From Endomicrobiales bacterium (GTDB taxonomy: Bacteria; Elusimicrobiota; Endomicrobiia; Endomicrobiales; CAWCFT01), in contig CAWCFT010000014.1 in the NCBI GenBank assembly GCA_963794945.1, positions 37,873 to 101,872 of the forward strand: DNA of 64,000 nucleotides, in the 5' to 3' direction. The notes beneath the pieces are model-generated. The model saw nothing but the letters and a program-made list of their open reading frames with translations. It did no database searches and was not told the origin of the DNA. The position numbers and the translations under genes were made by a program. Below, one piece after another: positions 11,839-21,700 of this stretch. How positions within the stretch are numbered: position 1 is the first letter of the stretch; every line of letters starts with the position of its first letter.

Positions 11839-11909
11839 GCGGGCGTAGTCTAGTGGCAAAACCCTTGCTTCCCAAGCAAGAGATGTGGGTTCGATTCCCA
11901 TCGCCCGCT
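11839..11909 (+). tRNA. tRNA-Gly (CCC), 3' CCA not encoded
   Basis: Acceptor stem GCGGGCG/CGCCCGC, anticodon arm CTTGC-TTCCCAA-GCAAG, T-loop GGTTCGATTCC. Confidence 0.95.
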
Positions 11910-12047
11910 CTTTTACTACAAGACCGTCGTCAGTATCCAGCAGTCAGTTGTCAGTACAATGTATAAAATCTTATTAAAATAAAGACGTTAACCTAGAACT
12001 GACTGCTGACAACCGACGACTGACGACGCAGTTAGTTTAAAATAACT

Positions 12048-13197
12048 ATGCGCCTATCTGATATTTTAAAGAAAACATCCCAGAAACCTCAGGAAGACAA
12101 TAAGGCCCCTGAAGTTCCGCCTATCGCCGCAAGCGCAAGTATCCCTGCGCCTTCCATAGAAACTATTAAAACACCGGATCAGAACCGTAAAGCTATCATC
12201 TTCAGTTACAGCCGAAGATGCTTATACAAAAGCGATAGTAGAGGTCAAGAACATCCTCTCGTGCGTAGAAAAGGGTATAGCCTACACCTCACCGATCGAA
12301 AGCGTCCATTTGATCGTCGAGTTGATCAAAAACAACGATGACGATATACTCTTGCTTGCCGACAAGGCTACGCCTGACTTATTCCTTTGCGGCCACTGCG
12401 TTAACCTCTGCATCCTATCACTCTTTCTCGGTAAAAGCTTCAATTACACCAGCGAGCAACTTTTTAACCTCGGTCTTTGCGCATTTCTTAATGATATTTG
12501 GCTTTCAAGAACGCAAACAACTGTGAAAAAAGCCCAGGAAACCGAGGCCGCGCAGTTCAAATGGCAAAGCGTTCACGCATTCAATGTAATACACAATATG
12601 CCCGGCATTGCGGAAGACGTAAAAAAGCTGATCATCGAAGTAATGACTCAGTCACATAACAGGAATGTATTAACTGACCCTGAAACCGGTGACGTTTTAA
12701 GCGAAGTAGTGGTTCAGCCTCATAACCGCGGTTCTATTGAATCAATGATAGGTTCAGATATTAACGATTTTACGCGCATAATAACTGTGGCGGATGCGTA
12801 CGAAAAGCTTACCCACCCGCGTCCCAACAGGGAAAGGATGCTGCCTCACGATGCTTTGAAGACATTGATCGGTTCTGTTAATCAAGCGTTTGACAGTGAG
12901 ATAATCAAGCTATTTCTAGAACGTATATCGCTCTACCCGCCCGGCAGCTATGTGAAGCTCAACTCCGAAGAGATAGGCAAGGTGGTAGGCCTCAACAAGG
13001 GCCTTCCTACCCGACCAAAGGTTAGAATATTGCTCGATTCTTCAAAACAAAGGGCGCAGGACCGCAAGATCATCGACCTCGCCGCGAGCCCGATGATATT
13101 CATTAAGGAAGCTATCGATGAAACAAAGCTAAATCTTTCTGATAAAAAACTATCGCTTGAACTAAAGGCTGTGCGCTGGTGGGTTAAGGGGCTTTAA
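12048..13197 (+). CDS. Degenerate HD-GYP domain protein, frameshift near 12200
   Basis: HCVN, RIITVADAYEKLTHPRPNR, FDSEII, YPPGSYVKLNSEE; HD replaced by ND and no GYP motif. Confidence 0.7.
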
Positions 13198-13286
13198 CAA
13201 CAATTTAAGATTTAATATTGGAAGATTTTAAAATTTACGATGCCAATCTTCTAATTTTTAATCTTACAATCTTCAAATTGAGTTCC

Positions 13287-14117
13287 ATGAACTTTTCCAC
13301 CACAATTACCGTCGGTAATATTTCTATTACGCTGCACAGCCCATCATGCTTCTGGTTTAACGCCCTGAACCGCAAATACGCGCCTTTTGTAACAATAAAG
13401 AGAGCGAGTTCACACTTCAATGTCTACATACAACCTGATTTTAAACACACGGCTTTTCCGAAATCGCCGGCAGTTGAAAAAAAAGACGGTAAATGGACTA
13501 TAAAGAGATATGATTTCATCTCTACAAGCACGGCAAACCTAAAGCGAACGGTGTTGTCTATAGAAAGAAACAAATATGCTTTCGATTCCTGGCTTAGGGT
13601 CTTCTTCACGCTTTGCGGCACTACAAACGGAACGCTTCTTTTGCACGGGGCGGGCCATAAGTCAGAATGCGGGACATTTATTTTCCCAGGGCGGTCCGGC
13701 GCCGGAAAATCAACCTTGATCAAGATACTCGGAAGACAAGGAGCTTTCACTGACGAACTGGTCTGTGCCTTCAGGAAGGGTAAAAACTACTTTGCTTCCT
13801 CTACTCCTTTTTGGGGCGAGCTAAAAAGGGGGAACGGCCTTGTTTATAAAGGCAGGATAGCCCGCATGTTTTTTCTTGAACACGGCTTAACGACCCGCAT
13901 AAATAAAATATCACAAAGCGAGGCGATAATATGCGTATTAAGAACAATACTGTTTTTTTCTAAGGATGTGCGCCACGTTAAAACTGTATTTTCCAATGCG
14001 CACCGCTTTACAATAAGCGTGAACCCCGGGATACTTTCCTTCAGAAAGAATTCTGCAAGGGTTGAGATACTTAACGCAATTTCGGGAGTTCGAAATGGAA
14101 AAACTGACAAAAACTGA
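13287..14117 (+). CDS. HPr kinase-like P-loop protein of the type found in RiPP/PqqD clusters
   Basis: LLHGAG, Walker A GRSGAGKST, TDE, TPFWGE; overlaps the PqqD gene. Confidence 0.75.
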   Translation: MNFSTTITVGNISITLHSPSCFWFNALNRKYAPFVTIKRASSHFNVYIQPDFKHTAFPKSPAVEKKDGKWTIKRYDFISTSTANLKRTVLSIERNKYAFDSWLRVFFTLCGTTNGTLLLHGAGHKSECGTFIFPGRSGAGKSTLIKILGRQGAFTDELVCAFRKGKNYFASSTPFWGELKRGNGLVYKGRIARMFFLEHGLTTRINKISQSEAIICVLRTILFFSKDVRHVKTVFSNAHRFTISVNPGILSFRKNSARVEILNAISGVRNGKTDKN

Positions 14118-14355
14118 CAACATCGCTTGGAGAGTGATAGAAGGGCAGGCATTTATAATCAACACAAAAACCTCAACCCTTCACGAGCTGGACGAAACCG
14201 GCACGTTCATCTGGAAGCTTATTGAGAAAGGCAGCAGCATTGAAGAAACAGCAAAAGAGCTGTCAGAACGCTTCGACGTTTCAACTGGTCAGGCCGTGAA
14301 AGATATTAGGGATTTCATAACCGAGCTTGAAAAGAAGGGGATACTTAAACGGTGA
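14095..14355 (+). CDS. PqqD family RiPP recognition element (RRE)
   Basis: 86 aa with pattern WRVIEGQAFII..LDETGTFIW..L..RFDV...A..D...FI.EL...G. Confidence 0.9.
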   Translation: MEKLTKTDNIAWRVIEGQAFIINTKTSTLHELDETGTFIWKLIEKGSSIEETAKELSERFDVSTGQAVKDIRDFITELEKKGILKR

Positions 14356-15368
14356 AACCTTCCGAGAAACTCTCAATTGTTACAAGGGCGAAATTCATTC
14401 CCTTGATGAGCGTATTAGAGCTTACCCGCCGCTGCAACCTTAAATGCCTGCACTGCTATATAGACCAACCAAAAACATACAAGAATGAGCTCTCAACCGC
14501 TGAGATCAAGAGCATTATAAGCCAGCTCGCGAAAGCCGGGTCAATGAGCCTGATATTCACCGGAGGCGAAGTATTTTTGCGCGATGATATACTCGAACTT
14601 TGCAGCTTCGCGAGGAGCCTGGGCTTCGACCTGCGCATTTTTACGAACGGTACACTTATTGACGGTAATATAGCTGCTGGCCTTGCGAAAATAGGAATAA
14701 GCGGCATCGAGATCAGCCTTTACGGGAAACGCCAAACACATGACAAAATAACCGGCGTGACAGGCTCCTTTAAAAAAGCAATGAAAGCTATAAATGTTTT
14801 CAAAGAACACGGTGTCCGGGTTACGGTCAAATGCCCGATAACCAAGATGAACTTCAGCGATTACAAATGGATAGCTTCGTTCGCTAAAAGAAATAAGATC
14901 AAATTTAGGTTCGACCCTACTATCTCTCCAAAAGACAGCGGGAACAAGAGTATTTTAAAATTCAGGTTGTCTTCATCGCAGATGAAAACACTCTACAAAG
15001 ACCCGATGTTCAATTTGAAGGACAGGCGTGCAGATGTGGAGCCGGATCTATCCTGCAGCGCGGGCGTGAACATGCTTAGCGTAGGCTACGACGGATGTGT
15101 CTACCCCTGCCTTCAGTTCCTTACTCCTCTGGGCAATTTAAGAAAACAGAAACTTAACCAGATATGGTCAAATAGCAATTCACAGCTTCAGAGCATTCGA
15201 AAAATGACGATTGATAAGCTTACGAAATGCCGGAGCTGTAAGTTTGCAATACTCTGCCAGCGTTGCCCCGGAATCGCCAAACTGGAAGATGACACTGCCA
15301 CAGGCCCTTCTAACATTGCATGCCGTACCGCGAAGATCCAGCATTCAATCCTTAATGATTTTCAATAA
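14352..15368 (+). CDS. Radical SAM / SPASM domain peptide maturase
   Basis: CNLKCLHC, TGGE, FTNGT; SPASM cysteines CSAG..VYPC..CRSC...CQRCPG..C. Confidence 0.92.
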   Translation: MKPSEKLSIVTRAKFIPLMSVLELTRRCNLKCLHCYIDQPKTYKNELSTAEIKSIISQLAKAGSMSLIFTGGEVFLRDDILELCSFARSLGFDLRIFTNGTLIDGNIAAGLAKIGISGIEISLYGKRQTHDKITGVTGSFKKAMKAINVFKEHGVRVTVKCPITKMNFSDYKWIASFAKRNKIKFRFDPTISPKDSGNKSILKFRLSSSQMKTLYKDPMFNLKDRRADVEPDLSCSAGVNMLSVGYDGCVYPCLQFLTPLGNLRKQKLNQIWSNSNSQLQSIRKMTIDKLTKCRSCKFAILCQRCPGIAKLEDDTATGPSNIACRTAKIQHSILNDFQ

Positions 15369-15553
15369 TATTCGTAATTTTCATCATTTATATATGTGTG
15401 ACCTAAGTCACCTTCATTGAACTTAGCATTATATAAATCTTAGCTTCCGCATATATTCACTTCTTTACCGTCGATAAAGCAAATTAATAGACTAATTAAC
15501 AAGTTACCTGCCAAATCTCCAATTTTTCATTAAAAACTGTATTAATTCTTTAC

Positions 15554-15582
15554 TTGAAAATGCTTTATTTTTCATCTATAAT
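15554..15582 (+). promoter_or_regulatory. Sigma70-type promoter for the precursor peptide
   Basis: TTGAAA (15554-59), 17 nt spacer, TATAAT (15577-82). Confidence 0.7.
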
Positions 15583-15617
15583 TATAGTGCGCTAACAGAA
15601 CCATAATGAGGTGAATA

Positions 15618-15764
15618 ATGGATAAAAAAGTAAAGAAACCTTACAAGAGGCCAGTTATCAAGTCTGAAAAGATCATTGAGACCGCTGCCCTTGCCTGCGG
15701 CAAATGTTTGTCATCGGGGCCGATCTTCCAGGGCGCTTGCCAATCCAAATCAAGGACGTCATAA
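15618..15764 (+). CDS. RiPP precursor peptide, 48 aa (absent from the ORF track)
   Basis: MDKKVKKPYKRPVIKSEKIIETAALACGKCLSSGPIFQGACQSKSRTS*; RBS GAGGTG; YxxPxI leader motif; three Cys in the core. Confidence 0.85.
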   Translation: MDKKVKKPYKRPVIKSEKIIETAALACGKCLSSGPIFQGACQSKSRTS

Positions 15765-15798
15765 TTTCAAAGTATTATGCTCAACAAACACATTTTAA

Positions 15799-18700
15799 AT
15801 GAATAAAATATCGGCGGTGAAGACCATCGGTGGCTCCATGCGTCCGTTCTTTAAGAGCGGGCGTTTTGTATTTATCGAAAACCTGTCTCCGGAGCGTTTC
15901 ATACCGGGCGATACTATCTATTATAATTCAGAAAAATCTAACTTTATCCACCGCATATCCCGCATCCACCTTAAACCATCCACAAGTGAAGTTGAATATT
16001 TTGATGTTATTGACGATTCATCGGTTATTTATCCACAGAAAGTCTACCCTGAAAATGTTATAGGCAGGCCGGTCACAATGCTCAACGGTACTGCCGGACT
16101 CATATGCGGCAGTATCACCAACTTTGCTTTTGGCGTAATTAGGAAAATTAAGTCTTATGTCTCACGCCTGACCGTTGTCTCCGTAGCGCTTATACTCTCT
16201 TCACTTTTCTCGAATCTCTCGGCCGCTACGCGTATAAAAACTGTCGAATACAACTTCGGCAGCTACTGGGGGACAGCTGGAGCAACAACTTGGACGGCAC
16301 CTTCCATAAACGTCAACCTCCCAGAAAGCGGGGTTGCAATACAAAATGCGTTTGTAGATATTGAATGGCTCACTATTCCGACCGGCAATACTACAGAACA
16401 TAGCAGTAGCTTTTTCTACAGGAACAGTGCCAGGGGGAAATATCAGCAACGTTACCGCAGGCGCACTGATACCTACCAATTCAGGCAAATCCGACGCGAT
16501 GTGTTTTCGCGCGAACGCTACAAGTAAAATAATTGGATGGTCAAACCAGCCTTACGGCTTGAATGTGACATTGACCGGCGCAAGCAATGCCTGCATGTTT
16601 TCGGCTAAACTCTATATCACATACACATACGATGACTCTGCGGCGAACAACGTAGTCAAAACTGTGCACTATCCTATGTTTAACGTAACAGCCGATGGAG
16701 GCAAGACCGGCACGGCCTCTTTCCTCGCACAGAGAATGGCTGGTTACAACACATTCTATTACTACATCAATATCCCTGAAACCGGCGCTACTATCCAACA
16801 GGCGTGGTACGAAATAAGGGGGTTCAAACAGTCCAACGCAGCCGCAGCAGTAGGATATATAAACACGCAAATTCCAGGCAGCGCAGCTATGCCGCAAATG
16901 CTTTTAACCGGCTCATCTATAGATTCCTATAAATTTAGATATCTATCTTCTACTGCCACACCTGCTGGTTTCGCCGCAAACACATCACAGACTTTAAGTG
17001 TTATCACGTCTTCGAACGCCATAACCAACATACTCGGAGGAGAAGTCGTTGTAACGTATTCATGTCCGCCACCGGCGACAGTTTCGCCGTACTTAAAAAC
17101 AGTTTCATATTTTCTGACACAATCGACAGGTTCCACAACTGACCCGGCTAACTTCTCAGCGCCAATATATCTCAATGAAGAAGGTGCAGTCGTACAAAGA
17201 ATTTACGCCATGATCTCCGGCTCATATAATACTACTGCAACACCGTTAAGCTTAACGGTCAATTCCAGCATCGGTGGCAACGCGCTAACTGCCAGGACAT
17301 ACTCGATCGCTACAAGTGTGACGCAAATATCAGGGTTCGATTTTATCCACGACATGAGCCAGGGAGCCAATTATTTAATTTATGGTTCAACAGTTAATAT
17401 TAACTGGAATACTAATGCCACCCTGGGCGGCTTGGGAATTGAGCTCTTCATAACCTACACTTCTACCGGCACAACAAGATTTACGGATAATTACAAGGTG
17501 TTTGCCGGGCAGTCGCCTACCCAAACCACTAACGGGACCTATTGGAGCTACGCACTGCCTCTTTTCTTTCCAAACCCGACAACTCCGCTAGGGCTGGAAA
17601 AGCTGGACAGCGCTTTTCTCAGAGCCGATATTATCCAGGGCGCGGCAACTGTAACGGCTAACCCGCAGTCAACGATATACGTCAATGCACTGGGAGCGGC
17701 CGAAACGGTAGAACATTATTCAACAACCGATAACTTTCAAACATCGGTTCTATATGATTTCTCAAAACTTATCACTCCGTCAAGCACAACAGCAACGGCA
17801 GATTACACGCTTTCCAATAACCCTTTCAACGTTGCCGCGCTCGCAAGCGTAGCTTACAATTACACACCCGTGCCCAGTTCTCCTACCGTACTCGCTCAAT
17901 ACCAAAACAATGGGACAACACTGATAGCTACGGGCACATATACAAACAACACCAACCCTATTTTAAAATTTACCATGACTGGCCAGTTCGGCGGTGATGT
18001 CTTGTACCCGGTAGTTGAATATGCTTCCATTACTTCAACTTTTAACGGAGTTAATCTTACTACAGGGACACCACAAACTTACAACTGGTCTCCTCTTACT
18101 GGACAAGTACAAATAAGCACAGGGCAGGGCCAATACCAATGGCGGGCATCTGTAGTAGGCAGCGGCGGAAGGTCCAACTGGACATACTGCACAAGCACGG
18201 GCACAATGGCTTTCGGCATTGATACTTCCAGCCCGCCTGCACCGGTGCTTTCGTCTCCGGGAAACGGTTATGCCACAAACAATAGAACACCCCAATTTAC
18301 ATGGAATGCATCGGCAGATATAGGCGGATCCGGTACGACCGATTACTACATTCAAGTCGCTACATCAACTGATTTTGGCAATGTTATTTTCAGCTCTGAA
18401 ACGCTCCTACTTTATGCGACACCTACTACGGCCTTTAACCAGAATTACAATAACGTGTACTATTGGCATGTCAGGGCAAGGGATACTGTTGGCAATATTG
18501 GCGTATATTCAAGCACATTTTCTGTAATTGTAGACACTTCGCCGCCTCCGCCTGTTGCCACTCTTAGCACACCACTGGACAACTTAACTACAAACCAGAT
18601 AACTTTAAATTTCACCTGGACAGGTGTAACCGATTCGCCAGCAGGCATCGCCAACTATATCCTGCAGGTATCCACAAACCCGAATTTCGGCATTATCAAC

Positions 18701-21700
18701 TACTCCTCCTGGGTTGTGACAAACGCGGCTACCCTTACACTTGTAACATCATCGTATACCTGGCGTGTCAACACCATGGACAACGCCTTGAACTACACTA
18801 CTTCTACAGCCAAATATTTCGTGACCGTCGACTCCACTCCGCCGCCGGCTGTTTCAGTTCTTACGGCTCCACTTAACAACCTTGCCACCAGCCAGATGAC
18901 TTTGAACTTTAACTGGACTGGCGTTTCGGCTCCGCCTTCAGGATTGAAAAACTATATCCTTGAAGTGTCAACTGCTGCCGATTTCTCGGGAACTATTTAT
19001 TCATCATGGGTAGTGCTTAATACCGCCACCCTGACTCTTAACCAGTCATCCTACACCTGGCGTGTCAACGCTATGGACAACGCCATGAACTACACGACTT
19101 CCACCTTCGTGAGCACGGTTATCGTAGATACTACTCCTCCACCCGCGGTCGCTACTCTAGGCACTCCTTTAAACAATTCAACTACAAACCAGATAACTTT
19201 AAATTTCACATGGACAGGTGTAACCGATTCGCCAGCAGGCATCGCTAACTATATCCTGCAGGTTTCCACAGACCCTAACTTCGGCATTATCAACTACTCC
19301 TCTTCGGTGGTGACGAACTCGGCTACGCTTACACTTTTAACTTCGTCTTACACCTGGCGTGTTAATACCATGGACAACGCCTTGAACTACACTACTTCTA
19401 CAGCCAAATATTTCGTGACCGTCGACTCCACACCTCCGCCGGCTGTTTCTCTGCTAACGGCGCCGCTTAATAACCTTGCCACCAACCAGATGACACTGAA
19501 TTTCAACTGGACGGGGGTAACTTCGCCTCCGGCAGGCTTGAAAAACTATATCCTTGAGGTCTCTACTGACCCGGCTTTCGGCATTATCAACTACTCCTCA
19601 TGGGTCGTTTTAAATACAGCTTCACTTACACTTATCACGTCATCTTACACTTGGCGCGTTAACACCATGGACAATGCCATGAACTACACAACTTCTACTT
19701 TTGTGAGCACCGTTATAGTAGATACTACTCCACCGCCAGCAGTATCTTTGCTCGCCGCACCGCTTAACAACCTTGCCACCAACCAAATGACCTTGAATTT
19801 CAGCTGGACTGGTGTCAGTGCTCCGCCTTCAGGCGTAAAAAACTATATACTTGAAGTTTCTACCGACCCGGCTTTCGGCATTATCAACTATTCCTCATGG
19901 GTCGTATTAAATACAGCTTCACTTACACTTATCACGTCATCTTACACTTGGCGCGTTAACACCATGGACAATGCCATGAACTACACAACTTCTACTTTTG
20001 TGAGCACCGTTATAGTAGATACTACTCCACCGCCAGCAGTATCTTTGCTCGCCGCACCGCTTAACAACCTTGCCACCAACCAAATGACCTTGAATTTCAG
20101 CTGGACTGGTGTCAGTGCTCCGCCTTCAGGCGTAAAAAACTATATACTTGAAGTTTCTACCGACCCGGCTTTCGGCATTATCAACTATTCCTCATGGGTC
20201 GTTTTAAATACAGCGTCTCTTACGCTTGTCACATCCTCTTACACCTGGCGAGTCAACACCATGGACAATGCCATGAATTATACGACTTCTACTTTCGTGA
20301 GCACTGTTATCGTAGACACTACTCCGCCGCCAGCGGTATCTTTGCTAACCGCGCCGCTTAACAACCTTGCAACTAACCAGATGACACTGAACTTCAACTG
20401 GACAGGGGTAACTTCACCTCCGTCAGGCATTAGGAATTATATCATTGAGGCCTCTACAGCGGCTGATTTTTCAGGAACGATTTACTCAACCTGGGTATGG
20501 ACAAACTCAGGTGCGCTAACACTTAATCAATCGTCTTACACATGGCGCGTTAACACAATGGACTACGCCATGAACTATACAACCGCCGCGGTCAAATGGG
20601 CTGTCGTTGTAGATACCACACCACCGCCAGGTGTTACAGCGATCAGCTCGCCGGTCAACAACCTCATCACAAACCAGATGACCCAGAATTTCAACTGGAC
20701 GGGGGTAACGGATACTCCAGCCGGCTTAAAGAATTATATTCTGCAAGTCTCAACCGACCCGGCTTTCGGAATTATCAACTACTCATCTTGGGTAGTCCTT
20801 AACACTGCTACGCTTACCCTTAACGAATCTTCGTATACGTGGCGCGTTAATACCATGGACAACGCCCTGAACTACACAACTTCAACGGTAAACTTCTTTG
20901 TTTCAGTTGATACAACGCCTCCAACCTGCATAGACAGCCAGTCTGGAGATAACACCTGGCGCACAACAAACAACGGGGCATATGCTGTCTATTTTAAGGA
21001 TGCCATCACCGGTTCTGGGGTTAAAGGTTTTGATATTTATGCGTCCACTGTGCCAAGCTACGGCTCGCCTGCTTTGGTTAACTGGACACAAGTTCTTACC
21101 ACCAGCACCTACTACTACAATCAGAACTGGGGCATACCGAACGCATTCTGGAACCAACTGCCTTCAGGCCCCAATAAGATATATATCTCGGCTCGCTGTT
21201 ACGATTTCGCCTATAACACGTCAACGGTCCTTGCCGATGCGTTCTATGTCTTGGTGGACACATACGGGCCGAACATAGTCTCTAATCAACCTGGTGATAA
21301 TACATGGAGGAATCTTGGCGGCACAACATACAGCGTAAACTTCTACGACCCTAACTCTCTGCTGCAGGGTGGGCAGTATATTGTCCGCACCGGAACTATG
21401 ACTACCAGCACGCCATGGGCTTACGGCTGGCAGCAGATATTTATTTCAACCGGAACTCCTGCATACACGACGCCCTGGCAGGTAAACTTCGGCAACCTTT
21501 CTGAGGGGACAAACTATGTGTTCGCCCAATCGTCAGACACTGCCGGGCTAATAACCCAGTCGACCGCGCCGGTTTTTTATGTAAACAAAGATATTTCACA
21601 GCCGATCATAATTAACGGCCAGCCGGGGGATTACCAGTGGCGCTCTTCTTCCGGTACGGTTTACGGTGTTTTCTTTACCGACGCGTTCTCCGGATGCGCC

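Noticed and set aside
11839..11909. tRNA-Gly as the attachment site of an island carrying the RiPP locus
   Set aside because: No integrase and no duplicated tRNA 3' end were seen in the window
13287..15764. Lasso peptide or PQQ biosynthesis cluster
   Set aside because: No asparagine-synthetase-like cyclase or B2 protease, no pqqB/C, and the peptide lacks the PqqA ExxxY motif
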